DNA from: an uncultured Mycoplasmatota bacterium
Lineage (GTDB): Bacteria > Bacillota_I > Bacilli_A > RF39 > UBA660
DNA length: 64,000 nt
Direction of reading: 5' to 3'
Assembly (NCBI GenBank): GCA_947571135.1
Contig: CANOWY010000003.1
Location: forward strand, 11,333-75,332
Shown here: positions 49,583 to 58,276 of the stretch, piece by piece
Layout of the letters: the number at the start of each line of letters is the position of its first letter
Position numbering within the stretch: the stretch's first letter is position 1
Translations under genes and position numbers: made by a program
Notes under the pieces: model-generated
Databases searched by the model: none
The model's input: the letters and a program-made list of their open reading frames with translations, nothing else
What the model was told of the DNA's origin: nothing

Positions 49583-49837
49583 TTACTTTTCAATTTTCTT
49601 TTCTACCAATTTCACATATCCAACTTCTCTATTATAACCTAATTTTTCATAAAAAGATTGCACAATTTTATTTTCATTTTGTGTTATAATGTTAGTGAAC
49701 CACTCCATCCTCGAATGAGGGCAAGGTGGGGCTTTTTTTTGCATTTCTTTAGGATAAATTACTAAACCATATTCATTTGAAGAAAATAAAAGTTTCACTA
49801 GAATATGGAACTGCACCGTCGTCTCCTGATTCATCAA
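49583..49837 (-). pseudogene. Possible decayed GNAT-family acetyltransferase remnant in the polC-dnaE spacer
   Basis: The C-terminus ...NENKIVQSFYEKLGYNREVGYV resembles the GNAT motif-B/C end (fYeKlGF). The upstream part is degenerate (VIYPKEMQKKA for the canonical V.PeyqgkGIG). A second short ORF in another frame (MSVIAYFDESGDDGAVPYS, 27 aa) abuts it. An A8 tract lies at 49731-49738. Confidence 0.3.
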
Positions 49838-49938
49838 AATATGCTATGACACTCATAATTACAACATCCTCTCTTTTATATTTTCCATAACTTTTTTCTT
49901 TACTTTCAATCATTAAGAAAAGAAAATATGATAAATTT

Positions 49939-52842
49939 TTATTTTTTAATAATATTGTTAATATTGATTTGATACTTATCAAATCTCTTTGTGACTCTTC
50001 CTTGCATTTCCACAATATCTTTTACATGCAAATCTTCCACTAAACGCATTTGACGAGCAAATACTACAAAGGAAGAAAAGCCCGTTTCATCACTTGCTTC
50101 TACAAAAGCCATTTCTTCTCCTGTTTTCGTTTTTGTTTTTCTAATACTTTCTATAAGAACTACACATCTTACATATTTATCAAAGTAATTTTCTATGTTT
50201 TTTAATTTCATTATGCGTTCCCCAGTATAAATAGAAGAAGGATGATTTGTAATATAAAATCCATAACTTTCCAATTCCAATTTATTTTTATTTTCTTCCT
50301 CTTCGTATGGTTTTAATATTGGTTTTAAAAGAAGTGGAGAATCTACGGAACTTGCAATTTCGGCGTAATTCATAACAACGGATAAATTTTCTTTTAACGT
50401 TGTCATATTCCCAAAACATTCCAATGCACCTGCATGAATCAAAGTTTCAATAATTTTCGCATTCACATTTTTATGTATAGTACGTGTTACAAAATCAACA
50501 AAATCTAAAAACAAACCATTTTTTTCTCTTTCTTCTAAGATACTCGTAATAGTAACGCTCCCTAACCCTTTAATAATAGAAAGAGGAAGAATAAGTTCAT
50601 TTTTTTTCACTTCATATACATTTTTACTCACATTAATACTAGGATGGACAATCGTTAAATCATGACTTTTGGCTTCTACTAAATATTCTTTCGTTTTGAT
50701 TTCACTATCTATACTCATATTCAGTAAATTAGTTAAAAAATAAGTAGAAAACTTCACCTTTAAATAAGCCATCTGGTACCCTATCAAAGCATAAGAAACA
50801 GAATGCGATTTATTAAATCCGTATCCAGCAAATTTCAAAATCAAATCGTAAAGTTCTTCTACTGTTATTTTAGAAAATCCCTTTACTATGGCTCGTGATA
50901 AAAACTTATCTCTTTCTGATTCAATAACTTCTCGCTTCTTTTTACTCATAGCACGCCTTATGATATCTGCCTCGGCATAACTATATCCCCCTATTGTAAC
51001 TAAAATTTGCATGACTTGTTCTTGGTAAACAATAATGCCTTCTGTTTCTTTTAAAATAGGCTCTAATTCTGGCAATAAAAAGGTAACTTTTTCTCTTCCT
51101 TCTTTTCTTTTGATAAACGTACTAATGTTATCCATAGGTCCTGGACGATAAAGAGCAATCGTCGCCACCAAATCACTAAAATTTCTAGGTTTTAACTTTT
51201 GTAAAAAACTACGCATTCCACTACTTTCATATTGAAAAATACCTGTCGTATCTGCTTTGGTAAATAAGGAAAGAACAGAAGGATCCTCTAAATTAATTTT
51301 GTTTAAATCGACCTTTTTCCCTGTATCATTTTTAATCAATTCTAAAATATTAGCGATTATCGTTAAATTCTTAATAGCGAGTAAATCCATTTTTAAAAGA
51401 CCTAGTTCTTCTAAATATTCCATCGTAATACCAGTTGAGATTTGTTTCCCCATTTTAATAATCGGAATAATATCATCTAAAGGCACTTTGGAAATGACAA
51501 CCCCCGCCGCATGTGTCGAAATATTTTTTTTAATTCCTTCCAGTTTTAAACCAATTTTATATATTTTTTGCAAAATCTTATTTTTTTCCAACACCTGTTT
51601 AATATTATCATTTTGTAAATTTTCACGTAAATCTTTTCCTGAATTTACTTCCTTTATTAAAGTTTCAAAATCACGTTCATTGTATTCAAAAATACGAGCC
51701 ATATCGCGTAATACCAATTTGCTTTTTAAAGTGGCAAAAGTCATAATAGAGGCTACTTTCTTTTCTCCATAACGTCCTCTAATATACTCAATCACTTGCC
51801 CACGTTTTGTATTCTCAAAATCAATATCAATATCAGGCATCGTGACACGTTCAGGATTTAGAAATCGTTCAAATAACAAATTATACTTTAAAGGATCAAT
51901 ATCGGTAATTCCTAAGGTATAACAAACCAAACTCCCCGCGGCACTTCCTCTTCCAGGACCTACAAACACATTGTTTTTTTTCGCAAACAAAACATAATCA
52001 TATACAATCAAAATATAATCAACAAACCCCATATTTTTAATGACACTGAGTTCATAGTCTAAACGAATTTGGTATTCTTCTCTAGCCTCTCCTTGTAAAC
52101 GTTTTAATAGTCCCTTTTTCGTAAGTCCTTTTAAATAAGCATACGAATCTTTTTCCTCAGGATTGTATAATGGAATGTAATTCTCATTCTTGGGGATTAC
52201 AAGCGAAATTTCTCTTGCAAAAGCAATTGTTGTTTTTTCATCTTCTAAAGATACATTTTCATGATAATAATTATTTTCATAACTTTGAAGCGTATAATCG
52301 CTAACATGAATATCTTCTTCTATCATTTTTAAATAATCTAAACAAATCGTATCTTCTTTTTTTAAAGAACGAATATTTTCTACATAAACAATATTCTCCC
52401 CTTTTAACAAGGCATGCGTTTTTTCATATTCATTTTGATATCCAATGTATACTTTCTTAAAACTATTGGTTACTTCCTCATAAATAGGAAGAGAATGAAA
52501 AGGCACAATCACTATCACTTCATTATGATACATTTCCAAATCTATAAAATTAAGGTCTCTTTCTGTTTTAATGGTATGGATTTTTAATAGATTCTGATAC
52601 CCTTTATAATTTTTAGCATATAAATAAAGAACACTATTATTTATAGAAACTTCAAATCCGATAATGGGCTTGATATTATTTTTTAAACATTTGTTATAAA
52701 ATTCCATAACTCCATACAAGTTTTCATCAACAAGAGCACACGCAGATATGTCTTTTGTTTTTAGGAAGGCAATTAAATCGTCCACACGAATGGTACTTTT
52801 TAGTAAACTATAATCTGTGGTTATTTTAAGTGGTACATACAT
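49939..52842 (-). CDS. dnaE: DNA polymerase III alpha subunit DnaE (short, about 967 aa)
   Basis: N-terminal PHP (MYVPLKITTDYSLLKST), the pol III alpha palm/fingers (PDIDIDFE, GRGSAAGSLV) and HhH. Lacks a long C-terminal extension. Confidence 0.9.
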   Translation of the reverse strand: MYVPLKITTDYSLLKSTIRVDDLIAFLKTKDISACALVDENLYGVMEFYNKCLKNNIKPIIGFEVSINNSVLYLYAKNYKGYQNLLKIHTIKTERDLNFIDLEMYHNEVIVIVPFHSLPIYEEVTNSFKKVYIGYQNEYEKTHALLKGENIVYVENIRSLKKEDTICLDYLKMIEEDIHVSDYTLQSYENNYYHENVSLEDEKTTIAFAREISLVIPKNENYIPLYNPEEKDSYAYLKGLTKKGLLKRLQGEAREEYQIRLDYELSVIKNMGFVDYILIVYDYVLFAKKNNVFVGPGRGSAAGSLVCYTLGITDIDPLKYNLLFERFLNPERVTMPDIDIDFENTKRGQVIEYIRGRYGEKKVASIMTFATLKSKLVLRDMARIFEYNERDFETLIKEVNSGKDLRENLQNDNIKQVLEKNKILQKIYKIGLKLEGIKKNISTHAAGVVISKVPLDDIIPIIKMGKQISTGITMEYLEELGLLKMDLLAIKNLTIIANILELIKNDTGKKVDLNKINLEDPSVLSLFTKADTTGIFQYESSGMRSFLQKLKPRNFSDLVATIALYRPGPMDNISTFIKRKEGREKVTFLLPELEPILKETEGIIVYQEQVMQILVTIGGYSYAEADIIRRAMSKKKREVIESERDKFLSRAIVKGFSKITVEELYDLILKFAGYGFNKSHSVSYALIGYQMAYLKVKFSTYFLTNLLNMSIDSEIKTKEYLVEAKSHDLTIVHPSINVSKNVYEVKKNELILPLSIIKGLGSVTITSILEEREKNGLFLDFVDFVTRTIHKNVNAKIIETLIHAGALECFGNMTTLKENLSVVMNYAEIASSVDSPLLLKPILKPYEEEENKNKLELESYGFYITNHPSSIYTGERIMKLKNIENYFDKYVRCVVLIESIRKTKTKTGEEMAFVEASDETGFSSFVVFARQMRLVEDLHVKDIVEMQGRVTKRFDKYQININNIIKK

Positions 52843-53160
52843 ATTTACGACACCCTCCTGTTGTTACTTCTATTATAGCAAAGAAGACATTTTCTGGATA
52901 TAGGAAAGAACAAATTTTTATTAGAATATTGACAATTTTTATTTTTCTTTAGTTAAAACAGATCGGATTTTTGAAACAATTAAATCTGCCTATTTTTTCT
53001 AACAATTACCAAATAATTTAAAAAAATACTTACTATAAGAAGTGTTATAACTTAAATTGACAAGAATTTTAAAGTTAGAGAAAATACTATTTATTGTAAA
53101 TATCGCTTGATTTCTTTTCTTAATTTTCATATACTAAGTATCCGAAAGAGGAAAATCACT

Positions 53161-53721
53161 ATGTCTACAAAGAAAAATAATGAAACTGTTACAAGTGAAA
53201 AAAATACTTTGCAGTTGATTGAAGATTTTGGAAATTTATTTGAAAGATTTATGCTATTTACAACTCCTAGAAAGATTTTAAAAGAATTGGATTTAAATTG
53301 GCAACTTATACTCCTTACATTAGAAAAAGAGCAAAAAAATAATATGGATATTTTTCAAACGTTACTTGCTCTTCTTCGAACAAAACTAGACTTAATTTAT
53401 GAAAGAAATAACAATACCTTAGGCGCATCAGCAGAAATACTAAATGGTGATATATATTATATTACTTATGGAATTATGGCAAGTATTCTTTTTCAAATTC
53501 GATTTATAACAGATACTACACTTGGCGAGGACATAAGTTATTTTGATTATAGAGAATATAATAAATCTTTAATCTCTCAAGTCAATGGAAAAATTGGCTC
53601 AACTTCTTTAGAAAAATTACAAAAAGAACAAAAACAAAGAATACAAGAATTACAGAACAATTATAAATTACAACTACAAAATTTACTAGAATTGCAAAAT
53701 AAGCAAGAATTTACGCTTTAA
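53161..53721 (+). CDS. Hypothetical protein with a Q/L-rich coiled-coil C-terminus (187 aa from MSTKKNNE)
   Basis: RBS aagagga precedes ATG 53161. The track ORF starts 18 codons earlier at a weaker site. No family recognised. Confidence 0.45.
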   Translation: MSTKKNNETVTSEKNTLQLIEDFGNLFERFMLFTTPRKILKELDLNWQLILLTLEKEQKNNMDIFQTLLALLRTKLDLIYERNNNTLGASAEILNGDIYYITYGIMASILFQIRFITDTTLGEDISYFDYREYNKSLISQVNGKIGSTSLEKLQKEQKQRIQELQNNYKLQLQNLLELQNKQEFTL

Positions 53722-53729
53722 ATTTTTAA

Positions 53730-53758
53730 TTGACTTCACTACTCTTTCTTGTTAAAAT
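53730..53758 (+). promoter_or_regulatory. Putative sigma-A promoter TTGACT-N17-TAAAAT upstream of helD
   Basis: ttgacttcactactctttcttgttaaaat. Followed at 53807-53838 by a 7-bp hairpin plus a T-run, then the RBS and helD ATG at 53865. Confidence 0.4.
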
Positions 53759-53864
53759 GAAGAAGACTTTTTTATTTACAATCTATTATTTTTTTACACC
53801 TTAGTGGCTCGAAAGATTATTTCGGGAGTTTTTTATTTGCCAAAAATAGAAAGAAGGGAAAAAT

Positions 53865-55871
53865 ATGAATGCAAACGAAAAAAAATTAGAAGAACAATAC
53901 TTAAAAAAAACTAGCCATTATTTAAATGAACAAATAAGCAAAATGGAAAAAGATATCTTTTTAGATACAGAGAAAATCAAAGAATTTAGAAGATATGCCT
54001 GGGAAAACAAAGGGGGAATGGACAAGCAGGAATTAAATGCAGTAAGAACAAGTGATGCCCAAGAAGCCATGAATCTATTAAGAGAACGTACATATTTTAA
54101 GAAATTATTAAAAATCAAAAGTAGTCCTTACTTTGCCTCTATTATTTTAGAAGATGAACAAAAGAAGAAACAAAAATTATATATTGGCATGACCTATTTA
54201 AAAGATGAAAACTTAGACAATTTGATTTACGATTGGCGTGCTCCTATTAGTAGTGTATTTTATGATTATGAAACAGGTCCTGCAAAGTACGAGGCTCCTA
54301 TGGGAATTATTGAAAGTTACTTACACCAAAAAAGACAATACAAAATTGAAAACCAAAAACTATTACGTATTATCGATAGTTCTATTAATATTGATGACGA
54401 AGTGTTACAAGAAGTTTTAGCAAGTGAATCTAGTGACAAAATGAAAAATATTGTCACAACCATCCAACAAGAACAAAATAGTGTCATTCGAAATACAAAA
54501 GACAAACACTTAATTGTTCAAGGAATTGCAGGTTCTGGAAAAACCAGTGTTGCTCTTCATCGAATTGCTTTCTTACTTTACAAAATCAAAAACTTATCTT
54601 CTGATAAAATTTTAATCTTCTCCCCTAACCAAATATTTACAGAATACATCTCCGATGTTTTACCAGATTTAGGAGAAGAAAATACTTTACAAACTACTTT
54701 TCATGATTATTTATCTAAAATTATTAAAGAATACAAAACGGTAGAATCATATATTGATTTCTTAAATCGTCATTACTTAAATCAAAATGCTAGTATAGAA
54801 CTTATAAAATACAAGCAATCCAATGCTATCATAAAAGATTTAGAAAACTTTGTTTCACATTACGAAAAGAATACATTCTTTAAAAAAGGATTTACTGAAA
54901 ATAAAATATACGAGTACACGAAAGAAGAACTAAATTTTTTATTCCATCAGCGCTATTCCACTGTTCCTTTTTTTGAAAGATTAGACCAAATGGCAACCAA
55001 GTTTTCTGAAAACAACTACAATGGCAGCAAAAAAAAGAAAGCCACCTATTATAAACTTCTATTGGAAGCATTGGAAATAAAAAAAGATTATAAAAACATT
55101 CTAAAACAATTTTATAAAAGTATTTTCTTTAAAGAACAGATTACGGAAATGGAAATTCAAAAACTAAACAATACCAAAATGATTTCCTATGATGATGCTC
55201 TACTACTAGTCTACTTAAAAGGATTACTGGAAGGATTTTACTATGAAAAAGATATAGAACAAGTCGTGATTGATGAAGCACAAGACTATAGTTATTTGCA
55301 ATATAGTATCCTTTCTAAAATATTTAAAAAATCTTCTTTCACTATTTTAGGAGATATTAACCAAAACATAAACCCATTTTATAACTATGATACGTTAAAT
55401 GAACTTACAAATATTTTTCCAGGAAAATATATAGAACTTACCAAAACATATCGTTCTAGTGAAGAAATAATAGAATATGCAAACCAAATCTTGGGATTAC
55501 ATCACATTTGCGCTATTCGAAAAAAAGTACAAAAGCCAGTTATCATTCGAAAAAACAATTCTACCTTAAAAGAAGATATACAAAAATTAAGAGATAATTA
55601 TAAATCTTTAGCCATTATTACTAAAAATACAGAAAGTGCAAAACAACTTTATGAACAACTAAAAAAAGATTTCAATTTATCTTATGTAGATACAAATACG
55701 GAAGAGTTTATAAAAGAATTTGCCATCATGCCTGCTTACTTAGCAAAAGGTTTAGAATTTGATGCCGTTTTAGTATACCAAAATAAAGAAAACCATTTTA
55801 CAAGTAATGAGAAAAAACTCTATTACGTTGCTGTAACTCGAGCACAACATGAACTTTATATTTATGAATAA
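53865..55871 (+). CDS. helD: HelD-type (helicase IV-like) UvrD-family DNA helicase, RNA-polymerase-associated
   Basis: 668 aa with an N-terminal HelD-specific domain, Walker A VQGIAGSGKTSVALHRIAFLLY and Walker B VIDEAQDYS. The C-terminal helicase motifs are UvrD-like. Confidence 0.65.
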   Translation: MNANEKKLEEQYLKKTSHYLNEQISKMEKDIFLDTEKIKEFRRYAWENKGGMDKQELNAVRTSDAQEAMNLLRERTYFKKLLKIKSSPYFASIILEDEQKKKQKLYIGMTYLKDENLDNLIYDWRAPISSVFYDYETGPAKYEAPMGIIESYLHQKRQYKIENQKLLRIIDSSINIDDEVLQEVLASESSDKMKNIVTTIQQEQNSVIRNTKDKHLIVQGIAGSGKTSVALHRIAFLLYKIKNLSSDKILIFSPNQIFTEYISDVLPDLGEENTLQTTFHDYLSKIIKEYKTVESYIDFLNRHYLNQNASIELIKYKQSNAIIKDLENFVSHYEKNTFFKKGFTENKIYEYTKEELNFLFHQRYSTVPFFERLDQMATKFSENNYNGSKKKKATYYKLLLEALEIKKDYKNILKQFYKSIFFKEQITEMEIQKLNNTKMISYDDALLLVYLKGLLEGFYYEKDIEQVVIDEAQDYSYLQYSILSKIFKKSSFTILGDINQNINPFYNYDTLNELTNIFPGKYIELTKTYRSSEEIIEYANQILGLHHICAIRKKVQKPVIIRKNNSTLKEDIQKLRDNYKSLAIITKNTESAKQLYEQLKKDFNLSYVDTNTEEFIKEFAIMPAYLAKGLEFDAVLVYQNKENHFTSNEKKLYYVAVTRAQHELYIYE

Positions 55872-55890
55872 AAAACTAGTATTTACAATA

Positions 55891-56454
55891 CTAATTTTTT
55901 TCTACAATTTTTTGATAAAACGATTTAAATTTATTTACTAATCTCTTTTTTCTACTCAGAGAATTCAAATTTTGCTCTGCATAAATACTCATAATCTCTT
56001 CTAATGAAATATTTCCATAATAAAATACTTCTTGTTCTGAGTCATGCATACCACAAATAATTTGCTTATAATCTGCCACATTTGGTAAATTAGCCCCCAT
56101 GCTTTTCAAAGCGATATTAGATAGACTAGCAGCTCCTGTACCAATCGCAACAGTAGCAATATGTTCTCCGTCCGTGGGTATTTTATCAAAACACTCTTTT
56201 ATAATTTCAGTTTGATCCTCGTTCCAACCATTTTCACAAGAATGGCAAATCAAGGCATGAAAAGTTTTATCTCCAATCTTCTTAGAAAGAACCGTTCCTA
56301 ACTCATTTTTCCCACAAAATTCTAACTCAGGCCAATATTTTTTTGAAAGCGACCATGCAAAACCACAATCAATACTACCTTCAGTATTTAACGCAAAAGC
56401 AATATGTTTAGCCTTTGTTTCAAATATATCCCCACGAAATGTTCTTGTTATCAT
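55891..56454 (-). CDS. Macro-domain-like protein (putative ADP-ribose binding/processing), stand-alone
   Basis: 187 aa. The N-terminus RTFRGDIFETKAKHIAFALNTEGSIDCGFAWSL (GDI...N-cap plus Gly-rich loop) and VAIGTGAASL resemble macro-domain motifs. The assignment is tentative. Confidence 0.35.
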   Translation of the reverse strand: MITRTFRGDIFETKAKHIAFALNTEGSIDCGFAWSLSKKYWPELEFCGKNELGTVLSKKIGDKTFHALICHSCENGWNEDQTEIIKECFDKIPTDGEHIATVAIGTGAASLSNIALKSMGANLPNVADYKQIICGMHDSEQEVFYYGNISLEEIMSIYAEQNLNSLSRKKRLVNKFKSFYQKIVEKN

Positions 56455-56538
56455 AAAAGCGCTCCTTTTTCACAAGAAATAAAATAACATAATTGCATAG
56501 TTATAGCAAGTTTAACTATATTTTTTAAGCATAAATAT

Positions 56539-56567
56539 TTGACTAAACGCATATTTAATGATAAGAT
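56539..56567 (+). promoter_or_regulatory. Putative sigma-A promoter for rpmB (TTGACT-N17-TAAGAT)
   Basis: ttgactaaacgcatatttaatgataagat, about 30 nt upstream of the ggaggtg RBS. Confidence 0.4.
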
Positions 56568-56596
56568 TTTATAGAAAGAAATTTTGGAGGTGCAAA

Positions 56597-56755
56597 ATGG
56601 CTAAAAATATATCAAAAAAGAAACCTTTAACTGTAAATTTAAGAAGTAAAGCATGTAATGCTGTTAAATCTCGTCAAAAGCCAAATTTACAAAAGAAAAA
56701 AGTAAATGGTAAAACTGTATTAATCAGTGCTAGAGAAGCCAAAAAAATGGCATAA
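56597..56755 (+). CDS. rpmB: 50S ribosomal protein L28
   Basis: MAKNISKKKPLTVNLRSKACNAVKSRQKPNLQKKKVNGKTVLISAREAKKMA matches the L28 pattern (NLQK..VNGK...SARA). RBS ggaggtg at 56587-56593. The track ORF is extended 13 codons upstream. Confidence 0.75.
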   Translation: MAKNISKKKPLTVNLRSKACNAVKSRQKPNLQKKKVNGKTVLISAREAKKMA

Positions 56756-56758
56756 GAA

Positions 56759-56790
56759 AAGATTTCAAAAACTGAAATCTTTTTATTTTA
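56759..56790. terminator. Bidirectional intrinsic terminator between rpmB (+) and rpe (-)
   Basis: aagatttca-aaaac-tgaaatctt, a 9-bp perfect stem flanked by an A-run upstream and a T-run downstream. It overlaps the rpe stop codon. Confidence 0.6.
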
Positions 56791-57430
56791 CTACATTTTC
56801 CAATTTTTCAATTTGTTTATCAAAATTAGCACTTTTGCAAACATAAGAACCTGCAACAATTCGATCTAATTTGTTTTCTTTTAAACTTTTTATCGTATCT
56901 TCGCTAATCCCACCATCAACACTAATTACAAAATGTAAATCTTGTTCCTCTCTTATCTTTTCCAAATAAGAAATCCTTTCTGTAGTTTCTTTTAAAAACT
57001 TTTGTCCTCCATATCCTGGAATAACAGACATAACAAGAATTATATTTATTTTTTTTAAGTAAGGAATTAATAAATCAATATTAGTTAACGGATTTATGGC
57101 AATTCCTACCTTGACTTCCTTACTCTTTATATACTTAATTAATTTATTATGATCAGAAGTGGCTTCAAATTCATAAATAATACTTTCTGGTTTTATATAA
57201 GAAAATACATCAATAAATTTTTTTAAATGCAAAGTCATTAAATGCACTTCTTTTGGTTTTCTACTATTTTTTAAAGTATCTAACATCGATTTATCAAAAG
57301 GTGTTCTATTATTTACAAACAAACCATCCATGACATCTACATGAATAAAATCTGCTTTTGATTTATTAATCAATTCTATTGTTTTGTCAAAACTATATTG
57401 ACTACTTAAAAAAGAAATGGAAGTTTTCAT
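56783..57430 (-). CDS. rpe: Ribulose-phosphate 3-epimerase
   Basis: 215 aa. S41 and H67, plus D70 and D184 (VMDGLF, HLMT...GADFIHVDVMD-like) and C-terminal GADI-like motifs. It is downstream of rsgA, as in Firmicutes. Confidence 0.8.
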   Translation of the reverse strand: MKTSISFLSSQYSFDKTIELINKSKADFIHVDVMDGLFVNNRTPFDKSMLDTLKNSRKPKEVHLMTLHLKKFIDVFSYIKPESIIYEFEATSDHNKLIKYIKSKEVKVGIAINPLTNIDLLIPYLKKINIILVMSVIPGYGGQKFLKETTERISYLEKIREEQDLHFVISVDGGISEDTIKSLKENKLDRIVAGSYVCKSANFDKQIEKLENVVK

Positions 57431-57442
57431 ACTTCTTTCCTC

Positions 57443-58273
57443 CTATTTATTCTTCAAAAAACTTAAATAACTTTGGTAACGAGTTTCTAAAATACTATGG
57501 TTTTCTACTGCTTCTTTCACTCGACAATCTTTTTCCTTATCATGCATACAATTTTTAAAAGGACAGGCATATTCTCCAAATTCTATAAAACTATTTCTTA
57601 TTTCTTCTTTTGTAACTTTACCGAAATCTAAACTAGAAAAACCAGGAGTATCTGCTATATAAAAACGTTTAAATTTAAAAAGTTCTACATGACGTGTTGT
57701 ATGTTTTCCTCTCCCTAAACTTTCCGAGATTTCATCTGTTTTCAAATTCAATCTCTTATCCATTTTATTAAGCAAAGTACTTTTCCCTGCACCAGTTTGT
57801 CCAGTAACAACTACAATCTTTCCCTTTAATAATTTATTTAATTTTTTATGTTCGCGATTGGTAATGACTTTATATCCAATAGTTTTATAATACTTAATAA
57901 GTGCTTGCATTTCTTTTTTTTCATTTTTAGTAAGTAAATCTAATTTAGTAAAACACAACACTGGTTCAATCTGATGAAGAGTTACAATACTAATCATCTT
58001 ATCTAATAAATTTAAAGAAAGATTTGGTTTTTTTACACTTGTTACAATAAGGGCAACATCCACATTCGCAATTTGAGGTCGCAATAAAGAATTTTTTCTT
58101 GGAAGCATTTTCATAATGTATCCATTGTCTAAGTCAATTTCACAATAATCTCCGACAAGAGGAGTAATAGAACAATTTCTAAACTTTCCTCTTGCTCGGC
58201 AACCGATAATACTTCCATCTTCTGTTTCTACTGTATATAAATTACTAATAATTCTAACAATTTTACCTTTCAT
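57443..58273 (-). CDS. rsgA: Ribosome small-subunit-dependent GTPase A (RsgA/CpgA)
   Basis: 276 aa with an OB N-terminus, a circularly permuted GTPase (G4 TKLDL before G1 GQTGAGKST) and a C-terminal Zn finger CPFKNCMHDKEKDCRV. Confidence 0.8.
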   Translation of the reverse strand: MKGKIVRIISNLYTVETEDGSIIGCRARGKFRNCSITPLVGDYCEIDLDNGYIMKMLPRKNSLLRPQIANVDVALIVTSVKKPNLSLNLLDKMISIVTLHQIEPVLCFTKLDLLTKNEKKEMQALIKYYKTIGYKVITNREHKKLNKLLKGKIVVVTGQTGAGKSTLLNKMDKRLNLKTDEISESLGRGKHTTRHVELFKFKRFYIADTPGFSSLDFGKVTKEEIRNSFIEFGEYACPFKNCMHDKEKDCRVKEAVENHSILETRYQSYLSFLKNK

Positions 58274-58276
58274 ACT

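Noticed and set aside
49773-50015. 80-aa ORF overlapping the dnaE 3' end
   Set aside because: The upstream 50 codons overlap the well-supported dnaE C-terminus in another frame. Only its last 27 codons (MSVIAYFDESGDDGAVPYS...) are intergenic, and I treat those as part of the decayed remnant.
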